A DNA stretch of 64,000 bases from Candidatus Eiseniibacteriota bacterium (lineage in GTDB: Bacteria > Eisenbacteria > RBG-16-71-46 > CAVPCR01). The position numbers and the translations under genes are program-made. The stretch's first letter is position 1, and each line of letters starts with the position of its first letter. The stretch covers positions 1,632,001-1,696,000 of the forward strand of contig CAWGMA010000001.1 of the NCBI GenBank assembly GCA_963823555.1, given 5' to 3'. The notes below the pieces were generated by a model that did not search any database, was not told where the DNA came from, and saw only the letters and a program-made list of their open reading frames with translations. Of the stretch, positions 1-11,766 are shown one piece after another.

Positions 1-2
1 AC

Positions 3-695
3 CGGCAAGGAGATCACGAGAACGCCATCGCCACGCTGCGCCAAGCCAACGCGCTCTCGCCCGAGCCCTACCAGGAGATCGAGGTCCATCTCGCCCAGGC
101 GCTCGAGGCGGGTGGCCTGAAGGCCGAGGCGCGCGACGCCTACGTCGCGCAGCTCCTGACCCAGGAGAACCCGGAGTTCCGCGAGCGCGTGACCCTCCTC
201 ACGACGGAGCTTGGAGGCTCTCCCGCCGAGGTCCTGGCCGAGATCGATCGGCAGCGCGAGGAGGCCGCCACCCCGGCGCCCAACTTCACCCTCCGGGACT
301 ACGCGGGCGAGGAGGTGAGCCTCTCAGACTTCCGGGGCCAGGTCGTGCTCCTCAACTTCTGGCATCCCACCTGAGGACCTTGCCGTGCGGAGTATCCGCA
401 CCTCCAGCAGATCTACGAGAAGTACAAGGACCGGGGCTTCACGGTGCTCTCGATGGAGGTCTCGAATCGCCCGCCCCTGGCTCAGGACTTCGTGACGCAG
501 GTCGGAGCCACGTTCCCGATCGTCAACGACGATCAGGGCCTCGCCCGGACGCTCTTCCAGGTGACGGGCACCCCCACCAACATCGTGATCGATCGCCGCG
601 GACGGATGTTCTTCCGCTCGATGGGGTTTGCGCCGGGCTTCGAGAACATGCGCGCGGCCGAGATCGAGTACCTGCTCGACCGGGATCGGGTCTAG
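3..695 (+). CDS. TPR-like + TlpA/redoxin family selenoprotein (UxxC), 5'-truncated by window edge
   Basis: Frame open from nt 3 (helical TPR-like RQGDHENAIATLRQANALSPEPY...). APNFTLRDYAGEEVSLSDFRGQVVLLNFWHPT-TGA(372-374)-GPCRAEYPHLQQIYEKYKDRGFTVL continues in frame into ORF 444..695, which has GTPTNIVIDRRG (cis-Pro region). TGA sits at the first Cys of the CxxC motif. Confidence 0.85.
385..401 (+). promoter_or_regulatory. Putative bacterial SECIS hairpin for the redoxin UGA
   Basis: GTGCGGA-GTA-TCCGCAC: perfect 7-bp stem starting 10 nt after the UGA, with G in the apical loop. Confidence 0.7.
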
Positions 696-1822
696 CGTCC
701 GGCCCCGGCGAGCTCCGGGGCCGGCTGCGACTCCCCGGCGGCGGGGTAGCTCTGGAAGAGCTTCCCCCACGGCGTCTTCATGTACGCGGCGACCCGCTTC
801 GAGCCGATGAACGGGTACCAGTAGTAGTCGTGGTAGGCCCACGACGCGATGTACGTCGAGACGACGAGCGGGGTATGGGTCAACAGCCGCTCGAACGGCT
901 TGAAGAAGCCGTGATAGAGCGCGTGCTGGCCGCGGCTGGCGAAAGTCGACCCGTAGGCGCACCCCAGGTCCACCCCGTCGATCGAGTCGCCCACGATCTC
1001 GATCTCGCGGACATCACCCACCCCGAGACCGTGCTCATGGGCGATGCGGATGAACGGCAGGCTCATGGGATCGAAACCCATCATCCGGGCCGATACCGCA
1101 TCGATCGCCACCTGATCGGCCGAGGCGAGGACGAAGCCCGCGGGCCGCACTTCCATGCACCGGGGGCCCGGCCCCGATCCCACGACATGGCCGTCCGTCA
1201 CGGCGAAGATCCCGGAGTGGATCTCCTTCTGGATCATCAAGAGATCGACCAGGGTCTCGTGGATGACCGAGTGCGTCCAGTGCCGCTGCCGGTGGAGGAG
1301 CCCGCCGAAGGCGTTCTTCATGGCCCCGGTGATCGTGGTGAAGACGTGGGTCTTCATGGTCGGCAAGTGGATGATGTTCTCGCCGATCATCCGCTTGGGA
1401 ATCCGGATGCCGTCCGGGTAGACCTTGTCGAGGACGAGGAGCTTCCCCTTGGGCTCGTAGGTGATCCAGTCCTCGTTCTCGTAGAGGTGGACATTGCGCA
1501 GCCCGTGCTTCTCGATCACCGGGAGCTGCTTGTTGGCGCGCTCCCCCTCCTTGGCCGAGACCACCACCGTGTCGTTGTGGCAACCATGGATGAGCTCCCG
1601 CCGGTAGCCATCGGCCAGGAGTGCGCGGACGACCCCGTCGATCTGCCACGGCGTGCTCGAGCAGGCGGGATAGAACTTCTGCCAGGAGATATTGATCTTG
1701 AGCGCGGTGTCCGTGTCCTTGGGCAGGTGATCTTGATAGTCCACCGACCGCATGGCGCGGCCGATATCATCGACGATCGCCTCCGGCGACGTGCGGAGGA
1801 CGGCAACCCGGGATCTAGCCAT
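692..1822 (-). CDS. DUF362 domain-containing protein
   Basis: MARSRVAVLRTSPE...LKINISWQKFYPACSSTPWQIDGV...IIHLPTMKTHVFTTITGAMKNAFGGLL...ASADQVAIDAV motifs typical of DUF362. ATG at 1822. Confidence 0.75.
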   Translation of the reverse strand: MARSRVAVLRTSPEAIVDDIGRAMRSVDYQDHLPKDTDTALKINISWQKFYPACSSTPWQIDGVVRALLADGYRRELIHGCHNDTVVVSAKEGERANKQLPVIEKHGLRNVHLYENEDWITYEPKGKLLVLDKVYPDGIRIPKRMIGENIIHLPTMKTHVFTTITGAMKNAFGGLLHRQRHWTHSVIHETLVDLLMIQKEIHSGIFAVTDGHVVGSGPGPRCMEVRPAGFVLASADQVAIDAVSARMMGFDPMSLPFIRIAHEHGLGVGDVREIEIVGDSIDGVDLGCAYGSTFASRGQHALYHGFFKPFERLLTHTPLVVSTYIASWAYHDYYWYPFIGSKRVAAYMKTPWGKLFQSYPAAGESQPAPELAGAGR

Positions 1823-1863
1823 GGACCTCTCTTGTTCCTCTACCTGGTGCCGCGGAGCCTGGG

Positions 1864-3009
1864 CTAGGACTCCTTGAGCAGGTTCGCGGCGATCACGAGC
1901 TTCTGGACCTGCGACGTCCCCTCGTAGAGCTGCGTGATCTTCGCATCCCGGTACAACCGTTCGACCGGGAAGTCCTGGATATAACCATATCCGCCGTGGA
2001 TCTGCACGGCGCGATCGGCCGAGCGGACCGCGGTCTCCGAGGCGTAGAGCTTGGCCATCGACGCCTCCTTGGCGCAGCGCTCGCCGTTGCCCCGCATCAC
2101 GGCGGCGCGATACGTCAAGAGCTGGGAGGCGCTGATCTCGGTGGCCATGTCGGCGAGCATCCACTGGATCGACTGGAACTCGGCGATCGGCTTCCCGAAC
2201 TGCTCGCGCTGCAGGGCATACTTGAGCGCCTCGGCGAGGGCGTTGCGGGCGATGCCGATGGCCTGGGCGGCAATCCCGATCCGCCCCCCCTCGAGGGTGG
2301 CGAGCGCGATCGAGTAGCCGCGATTGAGCTCCCCGAGGAGGTTCTCCTCCGGCACCTCGGCGTTGTTGAGGACGATCTCCATGGTCGAGGAGCCGCGGAT
2401 GCCCATCGTCTTCTCGCGATGCGGCCGCTCGACGCCGGGGAATCCGGTCTCGACCAGGAAGCAGGTGATGCCGCGGCTCTTGGCCGCGGGATCGGTCCGG
2501 GTGTAGACGACGAGGACATCCGCCACCCCGCCGTTGGTGACGAACATCTTGGTCCCGTTCAGGATGTACTTCCCGTTCTTCTTGACCGCCGTCGTCTTCT
2601 GGTTGGCGGCATCGGACCCGGCCTCGGGCTCGGTGAGGCAGTAGGCGCCGATCATCTTGCCGCTGGCCAGCCCGTTGAGATAGCGCCGCTTCTGGTCCTC
2701 GGTGCCGAACTGCTCGATGGGGCCGCAGACGAGCGAGTTCTGCACCGACATCACGACTCCCGTCGCGGCGCAGGCCGCCGACACCTCCTCCAGGGCGAGG
2801 ATGTACGACAGGAAGTCGAGGCCGGCGCCATCGTGCTCGGGATCGACGCACATGCCCATGAACCCCATCTCGCCGAGGCGGCGCACCGCATCCCAGGGAA
2901 ACTCCCGGGTCTCGTCGGTCTTCGCCGCGCCCGGCGCGATCTCCTTCTCCGCCACGTCGCGCGCGGCATCGCGGATCATGATCTGCTCTTCGGTCAGCTC
3001 GAAATCCAT
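1864..3009 (-). CDS. Short-chain acyl-CoA (butyryl-CoA-type) dehydrogenase
   Basis: GAYCLTEPEAGSDA, LNGTKMFVTNG, REQFGKPI, QIHGGYGY, YEGTSQVQ signatures. Confidence 0.92.
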   Translation of the reverse strand: MDFELTEEQIMIRDAARDVAEKEIAPGAAKTDETREFPWDAVRRLGEMGFMGMCVDPEHDGAGLDFLSYILALEEVSAACAATGVVMSVQNSLVCGPIEQFGTEDQKRRYLNGLASGKMIGAYCLTEPEAGSDAANQKTTAVKKNGKYILNGTKMFVTNGGVADVLVVYTRTDPAAKSRGITCFLVETGFPGVERPHREKTMGIRGSSTMEIVLNNAEVPEENLLGELNRGYSIALATLEGGRIGIAAQAIGIARNALAEALKYALQREQFGKPIAEFQSIQWMLADMATEISASQLLTYRAAVMRGNGERCAKEASMAKLYASETAVRSADRAVQIHGGYGYIQDFPVERLYRDAKITQLYEGTSQVQKLVIAANLLKES

Positions 3010-3046
3010 GTTCTCTTCTCTGGGGATCGGTTGGCTCTCGTCCTGC

Positions 3047-3949
<903 letters not shown>

Positions 3950-4004
3950 CGCTCCCTCCTTCGGGCGTCCCCCCGGGCGGGCGCCGCCGGCGCCCGCCAC
4001 CGAT

Positions 4005-5195
4005 CTACACCAGCTCGATCGCCATCGCCACCGCTTCCCCACCGCCGAGGCAGAGCGTGGCGAGCCCCTTCGTCTTCTTGTGCGTCTTGAGCGCCTGGAT
4101 GAGCGTGGCCACGATGCGGGCGCCCGAGGCGCCGATCGGATGCCCGAGGGCGACCGCTCCGCCGTGCACGTTGACGCGGCTGAAATCCCAACCCAGCTCG
4201 CGACCATCCACCAGCGCCTGCGCCGAGAAGGCCTCGTTGGCCTCGATCAGATCCCAGTGATCGATCTTGACGCCCATCTTCTTCATGAGCTTCCGCACGG
4301 CCACGACCGGCGCATAGAACACCATCTCCGGCTCCGCGCCGCCGGTGGCGTAGTCGATGATCCGCGCCTCGGGCTTGACTCCGAGATCCTTGGCGCGCTT
4401 CTCGCTCAAGACCACCATCGCCGCCCCGCCATCGTTCAGGCCGGGGGCGTTGCCTGCCGTCACCGAGCCGTCCTTCTCGAACGCGGGCTTCAACTTGGCG
4501 AGCACCTCGAGGGAGGTGTCGCGCCGCGGGCTCTCATCGGTCGTCACCTTGATCGGATCGCCCTTCCGCTGCGGCACCTCGACCGTGAAGATCTCCTTGG
4601 CGAAGAGGTTCGCGTCCTGCGCCGCCACCGCCTTCTTGTGGCTCTCGTAGGCGTAGCGGTCCTGGTCCTCGCGCGTCACGTTGAACTTGCGCGCGATGAG
4701 CTCGGCCGCGCTTCCCATGTGGAAGTTGTTGAACGAGTCCCAGAGGCCATCGAGGACCACCGAGTCGGCCATCTGAGTACCCCCGAGGCGGAGCCCGTTG
4801 CGAGCGTCGTTCAGGAGGAACGGCGCCTGCGACATGCTCTCCATGCCGCCGGCGACGAAGATCTCGTCCTCGCCGGCGCGGATCGCCTGCGCCGCGAGCA
4901 TGGCCGCCTTGAGCCCGGAGCCGCAGACCTTGTTGACGGTCATCGCCGCCACCGTGGGCGGGAGCCCAGCGTGGATCATGGCCTGCCGCGCCGGAGCCTG
5001 TCCGGATCCGGCCTGCACCACCTGGCCCATGATCACCTCGTCGACGGCGGCCGGCTCGATGCCGGCGCGCTTGATCGCCTCGCGGATGGCCATCGCTCCG
5101 AGCATCGGCGCCTTGAAGCTGGCCAGTCCACCCATGAACTTGCCGATCGGAGTGCGGCACGAACCGGCAATCAGGACTTCACCGTTCTTCGCCAT
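4005..5195 (-). CDS. Acetyl-CoA C-acetyltransferase (thiolase)
   Basis: RTPIGKF, NKVCGSG (catalytic Cys), [20 protein letters not shown]. Confidence 0.93.
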   Translation of the reverse strand: MAKNGEVLIAGSCRTPIGKFMGGLASFKAPMLGAMAIREAIKRAGIEPAAVDEVIMGQVVQAGSGQAPARQAMIHAGLPPTVAAMTVNKVCGSGLKAAMLAAQAIRAGEDEIFVAGGMESMSQAPFLLNDARNGLRLGGTQMADSVVLDGLWDSFNNFHMGSAAELIARKFNVTREDQDRYAYESHKKAVAAQDANLFAKEIFTVEVPQRKGDPIKVTTDESPRRDTSLEVLAKLKPAFEKDGSVTAGNAPGLNDGGAAMVVLSEKRAKDLGVKPEARIIDYATGGAEPEMVFYAPVVAVRKLMKKMGVKIDHWDLIEANEAFSAQALVDGRELGWDFSRVNVHGGAVALGHPIGASGARIVATLIQALKTHKKTKGLATLCLGGGEAVAMAIELV

Positions 5196-5514
5196 CGGAT
5201 ATTTCCTCGTCTGGTTGGAGAAGCCACCGCCCGCGGGCGAACGCCGCATGAGGGCGAGCTGTCCGGACCCATGGGGAATTGGTCCATCGAGCGCGGGCCC
5301 GAGAAGGCAGCCAGGGGACGGCGCGGCGCCCGGGCCGGCGCGAAACCGGACAGGTGACGTTACCGCCGGCCGGGAGAGGCGTCAAGCCATGCCCGGACAG
5401 AGCGTTGCCCGCGTTCTCGGGGCTCCCTATACTCGAGGGCGGCGGTTCACAGCGTGCGAGCCTGCAGCGACGCCGCCCGCCTGATGCGACCCGGATCCGT
5501 TCCCATGGAGGCAG

Positions 5515-8500
5515 ATGGCGATCCCGGATCTCCTCTCCCGCTGGCCCCTCCTCGGCCAGCTCGCCACCGGCGGCGACGGCACGGGCCCCGAGGCGGCATC
5601 CCCGGCCACGCGAGCACTTCGCGCCCGGATCGCGGATCCGCGCGTCGCCACCGCGCGCTCGGTCTGCCCCTACTGCGCCGTCGGGTGCGGGCAGCTCGTG
5701 CATGTGCGCGACGGCGCCATCATCGACATCGAGGGCGATCCCGCCTCCCCGATCTCGGCGGGGCGTCTCTGCCCCAAGGGCGCCGCCTCGCACCAGCTCC
5801 TCACGCATGGCGGGCGCCTCACGCAGGTCCTCTATCGCGCGCCGCGCGCGCGGGAGTTCACGACGCTCCCGCTCGAGACCGCGATGGACATGATCGCCGA
5901 GCGCGTTTGGGCCACCCGCGCGCGGAGCTTCGTCGAACGCGACACCGCCGGCCGGCCGCTCAACCACACGACCGCGATCGCGCACCTCGGGGGAGCCACG
6001 CTCGACAACGAGGAGAACTACCTCATCAAGAAGCTCTTCACCGCCGGCCTCGGCATGGTGGCGGTGTCGAACCAGGCCCGGGTCTGACACAGCTCGACGG
6101 TGCCCGGTCTGGGCACCACGCTCGGGCGGGGCGGGGCCACCATGGCCCTCGAGGATCTCCGCCACTCGGACCTGATCCTGATCCAGGGCTCCTCGATGGC
6201 GGAAGCGCATCCGGTCGGGTTCCGCTTCGTGGTCGAGGCGCGCGAGCGCGGGGCGACCGTGATCCACATCGATCCGCGCTTCTCCCGCACCTCTGCGCTC
6301 GCCGACATCTGGGCGCCGATCCGCGCCGGGAGCGATCTCATCTTCCTCGGCGGGCTCATCCGCCATGTCATCGAGACGGGGAGCATCTTTCGCGACTACG
6401 TCGTCCCCTACACCAATGCGGCGGACATCCTGGGCGAGGACTTCCGGGACACCGAGGATCTGGACGGGCTCTTCTCCGGCTGGGATCCGGAGGCCCGCCG
6501 CTACGACACGCGGACCTGGCAGCCCACCGGGGAGCGCGACCCGAGCCTCGAGCATCCGCGCTCGGTGTTCCAGGTGCTCCGTCGCCACTTCGCGCGCTAC
6601 ACGCCCGAGCTCATCGAGCAAAGCTGCGGCATCGAGCAGGAGCTCTTCCAGCGCATCGCCAAGGCGCTCACCGCCAACTCGGGTCCCGAGCGCACGAGCG
6701 CCATCTGCTATGCGGTCGGCTGGACCCAGCACACCAAGGGCGTGCAGGTGATCCGCGCCGCTGCCATCCTCCAGCTCCTGTTGGGGAACGTCGGGCGCCC
6801 GGGCGGCGGCATCCTCGCCCTCCGCGGACATGCCTCCATCCAGGGCTCGACCGACATCCCGACGCTCTACAACATGCTCCCGGGCTACCTGCCGATGCCG
6901 GGTCCCGACGATGCGAAGCTCGCCGACTACGTCGCGCGGCACGCCACGGGCGGTCAGTGGGCTCATCTCCCCGCCTACATCGTGAGCTGGCTCAAGGCCA
7001 CCTACGGCGAGGCCGCGACCGCCACCAACGATTTCGGCTTTGCTTTCCTGCCGCGTATCGTGCGCGACCACTCGCACCTCTCCTTCTTCGCCGAGATGGC
7101 GGATGGCGGGATCGAGGGGCTCTTCGTCATGGGCCAGAACCCGGCGGTGGCCGGGCAGCACGCCCGCCTCGAGCGGAAGGCGCTCGCCCGCCTCAGGTGG
7201 CTCGTGGTGCGGGATCTCGTCGTCACCGAGACCGCCACCTTCTGGCGCGATTCGCCTGAGGTCGCCCGCGGCGAGATCGACCCCTCGACGCTCGAGACCG
7301 AGGTCTTCGTGCTCCCGGCGGCGGGCCATGCCGAGAAGGAAGGCACCTTCACCAACACCCACCGCCTCCTCCAGTGGCGCGAGAAGGCCGTCGATCCTCC
7401 CGGCGACGCCCGGAGCGAGGCCTGGTTCATCGTCCATCTCGGGCGGCGGCTGCGCGCGCTCGCCAGGCGGAGCGGGGAGGAACAGGATGGGGCTCTCCGT
7501 GCACTCGACTGGGATTACCCGCACCTTCCGGGGGCGATCGGCGAGCCCGACATGGCCCGGGTACTCCAGGAGATCAACGGGCGCGAGGTGGCAGCGGAGC
7601 GGCTCATGCCCGGCTTCCACGCCCTCAAGGACGATGGCTCGACGAGCTGCGGGTGCTGGATCTACAGCGGGGTCTTCCCCGAGGAGCACCGCAATCGGGC
7701 CGCTGAGCGTGAAGCCAGGGGCCCGTACGGGCACGGCTGGGGCTTCGCCTGGCCCGCAGACCGCCGGATCCTCTACAACCGCGCCTCGGCCCGCCCTGAT
7801 GGCCAGCCCTGGAGCGAGCGGAAGCGCCTCGTCTGGTGGGATGAGGGAGCCGGACGCTGGACCGGGCTCGATACCCCCGACTTCCCGGCGGCGAAGCGGC
7901 CGGACTACGTTCCGCCCCCCGGCTCCCTCGGCCTCGATGCCCACAGGGGGGATGCTCCGTTCGTGATGAAGCCGGACGGAAGAGGCTGGATCTTTGTTTA
8001 CGATGGGCTCTTGGACGGTCCGCTTCCAGCCCATTATGAAGCCATCGAATCGGTGGTGCGGAACCCTCTCTACGTGCGGGCGGCGACGAACCCGGCCGCC
8101 AACAGGTTCGAGCGCCCCGACAACCCGCTCGCCGCTCCGCTCGATCCGCGCTTCCCGTACATCCTCACGACCTATCGCCTCACCGAGCACCACACCGCCG
8201 GGGGCATGTCCCGCTACCTGCCGTGGCTCGCCGAGCTCCAGCCCACGTTCTTCCTCGAGCTCTCCCCCGAGCTGGCTTCCGACCACGGGATCGCGCACGG
8301 CGGCTGGGTCACCGTGGTCACGCCCAGGGCGGCGATCGAGGCCCGCGCCCTCGTCACGCGTCGCATGCGTCCGCTCGCGATCGATGGCCGCCCCGTGCAT
8401 CAGGTGGCGATGCCTTTCCACTGGGGATCCGGGGGGCTCGTCACGGGCGACGGGGCGAACGAGCTCATCCCGCTCCTCGGCGAGCCGAACGTCATGATTC

Positions 8501-8625
8501 ACGAGTCGAAGGCGCTCGTGTGCGCGCTGTGGCCGGGGCGGCGACCGGAGGGGCGAGCGCTCCTCGATCTCCTCGCCCGGCTCGATCGCGGCGAGGACGT
8601 GCGCCCGCGGGGTGCCGCGCCATGA
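5515..8625 (+). CDS. Formate dehydrogenase alpha subunit (FdnG/FdoG-like, Mo/W-bis-PGD), selenocysteine-containing
   Basis: CPYCAVGCG...LCPKG Fe-S motif. NQARV-TGA(6085-6087)-HSSTVPGLG joins ORFs 5515..6087 and 6100..8625 in frame at the known Sec/Cys-His metal-ligand site. Also ALRGHASIQGSTD and TTYRLTEHHTAG. Confidence 0.93.
6099..6117 (+). promoter_or_regulatory. SECIS hairpin of the FDH alpha subunit
   Basis: GGTGCCC-GGTCT-GGGCACC: 7-bp stem 11 nt after the UGA, with a GGTC-containing loop as in the E. coli fdhF SECIS. Confidence 0.8.
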
Positions 8626-9410
8626 GCGAGCGCGCCCCGGTCACGACCGGCTTCTTGACGGATGCCACGCTCTGCATCGGCTGCAAGGCGTGCGAGGTGG
8701 CGTGCAAGGAATGGAACGAGGTCCCGAGCGATGGCTACGCCTGGGGCGGGCTCTCCTACGATCACACGCGGAGCCTCGGCGGCTCGACCTGGCGCCACGT
8801 CAAGTTCCTCGAGCAGCCGCTCGCCGCGGGGCCACAGGTGCTGGGGGCGAAGGACTCCTTCCGCTGGGTCTTCCTCTCCGACGTGTGCAAGCACTGCGAG
8901 CGGGCGGGATGTCTCGAGGCCTGTCCGACCGGCGCCATCTTCAGGAACGAGTTCGGCGCCGTCTACGTGCAGTCCGATGTCTGCAACGGCTGCGGGTACT
9001 GCGTCGTCACGTGCCCGTTCGGCGTGATCGGACGGCGGGAAGGAGACGGGCGCGTCTTCAAGTGCACGCTCTGCTATGACCGCCAGCTCTCGGGGCTCAT
9101 CCCCGCCTGCGCCAAGGCCTGCCCCACCGAGTCGATCCGCTTCGGGCCGCTTGAGGAGCTCGAGGCGAGGGCCGAGAAGCGCGTGGCCGACCTCCGCGCG
9201 CGCGGCTACGAGGATGCGCTCCTCTACACGGCGGCCGGGACCTCGGTGGGCGGCGTCCACGCGATGTCTCTCATCCTCGGTGACCCGGAGGCCTACGGGC
9301 TCCCACCCGCACCCGAGTTCCCGGGGGCGCATCTCCCCGCGGCGTGGACGGCGGCGGCCCTGGCTGCGCTCGCATTCGCCGTCGTGGTGGCCGTCGCGTT
9401 CGCGGTGTGA
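8622..9410 (+). CDS. Formate dehydrogenase iron-sulfur (beta) subunit with C-terminal TM helix
   Basis: ATGA overlap with the alpha stop. CIGCKACEVAC, CKHC...CLEACP, CNGCGYCVVTCP, KCTLC...PACAKACP; hydrophobic C-terminus. Confidence 0.9.
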   Translation: MSERAPVTTGFLTDATLCIGCKACEVACKEWNEVPSDGYAWGGLSYDHTRSLGGSTWRHVKFLEQPLAAGPQVLGAKDSFRWVFLSDVCKHCERAGCLEACPTGAIFRNEFGAVYVQSDVCNGCGYCVVTCPFGVIGRREGDGRVFKCTLCYDRQLSGLIPACAKACPTESIRFGPLEELEARAEKRVADLRARGYEDALLYTAAGTSVGGVHAMSLILGDPEAYGLPPAPEFPGAHLPAAWTAAALAALAFAVVVAVAFAV

Positions 9411-9424
9411 CGCCGGCGCGCTCG

Positions 9425-9465
9425 ACTCTCGCTCCTCGTTTGCGCCACGAACCAGCAGGAGTGCG
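9425..9465 (+). repeat. 41-bp imperfect direct repeat, copy 1 (att-like / serine recombinase tail)
   Basis: ACTCTCGCTCCTCGTTTGCGCCACGAACCAGCAGGAGTGCG matches 16699-16739 at 37/41 positions. Confidence 0.85.
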
Positions 9466-9500
9466 GGTTGTACATGCGGAATCGTGGTCAGGGTTTACCG

Positions 9501-9545
9501 CTGCCGGAAACCCGACAGATCGTGGAGGCCTGGCGGGTGGACTAC
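9501..9545 (+). pseudogene. Tiny IS3-family transposase (integrase core C-terminal) fragment
   Basis: Translates as LPETRQIVEAWRVDY, resembling the IS3 OrfB 'L.EAR..IE.WR.DYN' motif. Confidence 0.5.
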
Positions 9546-9951
9546 CGTGTCCTTGCTGATGCCCATCTTCGAGAAAGCGCTGTCGACATCCGACATGCCG
9601 CCGATCTTCGAGAGCGCGCCGGCGAGCGAGACGTGAGAGGACATCATCCTGCGCTCCCGGGAATTTCCTCTCGGGACCGACGATCCAACAGGCCAACATC
9701 CTCCTCTGCAAGAGCTCCGCCGCCGGGGCGGGTCGACGGAATTCGGTGGCCCAACACACGTCCCGCGTGGTACACTGAAACAGTGCTCAGGATCAGTACA
9801 CCTTACACGAGCCGCTTGGAGCTCATGAGGCTGGAACGTACATCTTCGTCGAGTTGCTGCTATTGCCTTGAGGAGTAGTCCTCGTTCCGAGCTGGCGGGT
9901 GGAATCCCTCCAACTCATTGCAGCTCATCATCAGAGATAGGAGGTTGAGTA

Positions 9952-10479
9952 ATGAAGCAACTGATCATGGCGTCGATTTTGCTAATCGGGATCGTCGCGA
10001 TTGCATCCGCGGAGGAGAAGGGTTACGGCAATGGGGGCTTCGACCTCCTAGAGGGTGGCGAGGGGCAGGCAGACGCGCTCGTGATCCCGGGACTGCCGTT
10101 CGCGGATGTCGGTGCCACTTGCGACAACACTTGGGACATCGACTTTAGCTGTGGCTTTACCAATGGTCAAAGCCCGGATGTCTGGTATAGCTACTATGCA
10201 TGCGAAGATGGCACAATCAATGTCTCCCTTTGCGGTAGCAGCTACGACACCGAAATCGCGGTCTTCGACGCGGGTCTCGCCGAGATCGCCTGCAATGACG
10301 ACTTCTGCGGTCTGCAGTCGGAGGTCGCCGCAGTCGTAACCGCTGGCCAGCTTTACTACATCGTTGTGTCCGGCTTCTTCGGAGCTTGCGGCGACTATGT
10401 CATCAACGTGACTGGCCCGGATTGCCCGGTTCCAGTCAGCGATGGGACGTGGGGTCAGATCAAGAATCAGTACCGATAG
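9952..10479 (+). CDS. Secreted Cys-rich beta-sandwich protein with C-terminal TWG-x-x-K tail
   Basis: AGGAGG RBS; signal peptide MKQLIMASILLIGIVAIASA; PDVWYSY...SLCGSSYDT...CNDDFCGLQS; ends DGTWGQIKNQYR. Confidence 0.85.
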   Translation: MKQLIMASILLIGIVAIASAEEKGYGNGGFDLLEGGEGQADALVIPGLPFADVGATCDNTWDIDFSCGFTNGQSPDVWYSYYACEDGTINVSLCGSSYDTEIAVFDAGLAEIACNDDFCGLQSEVAAVVTAGQLYYIVVSGFFGACGDYVINVTGPDCPVPVSDGTWGQIKNQYR

Positions 10480-10491
10480 AGATGGACGATG

Positions 10492-10530
10492 GGTTTCGGG
10501 GGAACCGCTCCGGCGGTCTCCCCCGAAACC
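10492..10530 (+). terminator. Strong hairpin after the 9952..10479 gene (putative terminator)
   Basis: GGTTTCGGGGGA-ACCGC-TCCG-GCGGT-C-TCCCCCGAAACC inverted repeat. Weak U-tract. Confidence 0.6.
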
Positions 10531-10876
10531 TCCTTCATCACAGAGTTCGGCCCGCAGAATCTGCCAATCGCCTCCACCGGGAACGCTTCCAGGCGCGGTG
10601 ATCGACCGCGGGCGCACCGAGATCTCGCTCCTTGTACTGGTCCAGCGATTCTCGGCTCGGCTTCCTATCCCTATCCACTGACAAGCGTTGACCTTACGAC
10701 TTCCAAGCGGTGTCCTGCGCGGCAATTCAGGAGGGCTGCCTAGAGCCATTGGCGCCTCCGAACTCGTACGTGCCCGGCTCCGAGCAAGGGTCCATGCCGT
10801 CGTCGCCCAGAAGCCCCGGTGGATTGCTCCACCGGGGCTCCAAGCCTCATCTGGCTCCTCTAGCTCATCAACCGCG

Positions 10877-11459
10877 TCACTTGGCGAGCGTCATCGAGCG
10901 CGTCGCCGAATACGATCCGGCCTCGAGTCGATAGAAGTACCGCCCGCTCGGCAACCTGCTTCCGTCGAAGGTCACACGGTGCTCGCCGGCTGGCAACTCA
11001 CCATCCACTAGACGCGCCACAGCACGTCCCCTGGTGTCGTAGACGACCAAGCGCGCGGTACCAGGCTCCGGGAGATTGAAGCGGATGTCGGTCGAAGGGT
11101 TGAAAGGGTTCGGGATGCTGCCGAGGAGCGCGTAGGTCGTCGGGATCACGACCGCTACGGCCACGTCGGGATCGTCACCAGGATCCGCAGGCCCCTGCTT
11201 GGCAGAGCCTCCGGTGTGGATCTTGATCTGGCCTCCACCGAGCGCAGTGCCCGCGTAGCCGTCATCATCTTCTCCGATCTTGTTATCGTAGATGACGGTC
11301 TCCTCTGCATTCTTCTCCCAGATCTTGATGCGGAAGAGATCGACGTCACCACCTCCCGGCATGTCTGCATCGGTCGCGGTGAGCATGAAGCCAAAGTCAC
11401 CGATGCCATTGATGGAGCCGGATCCCTTGTACTTGGCGTGAGGGCCAGCTACGACCAGC
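10877..11459 (-). pseudogene. 5'-truncated secreted-protein remnant (WLVVAG...FRIKIW domain + FlgD-Ig/T9SS-like C-terminal domain)
   Basis: Frame reads LVVAGPHAKYKGSGSINGIGDFGFMLTATD...FRIKIW...GGGQIKIH, then IPNPFNPSTDIRFNLP...SGRYFYRLEAG...MTLAK. No signal peptide; starts mid-domain. Confidence 0.7.
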
Positions 11460-11479
11460 CCCGGGCCCTTGCCTCCGTT

Positions 11480-11690
11480 CGGAACCCGCCCCTGGTCTTC
11501 TCCCTGGCACTCGGCCCCGGCTTGCGCCTCGGCGAGATCGTGGGGCTCAACGTCGGGGACACGTACTTCCCCGACGGCACGCCACGCACACGGGTCCGCC
11601 TGCGCCGCGAAATCCCCGAGGGCGGGGGACCAGGCGACGTATGCCTGCCCGACGCGCTGGTCGAGAAGCTATCCCGTTTCTGGCGCGGGA
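11480..11690 (+). pseudogene. Tyrosine recombinase (XerD-like) fragment, copy 1
   Basis: LVFSLALGPGLRLGEIVGLNVGDTYFPDGTPRTRVRLRREI...GDVCLPDALVEKLSRFW: box I 'GLR..E...L...D' motif. No start and no box II. Confidence 0.75.
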
Positions 11691-11766
11691 TCTCATCCTC
11701 GCCGTAGCTGGTATACTGGCTGCTCGATCGACTTCTCGGGCACTACGCATTCAGGAGGAAGACGGC

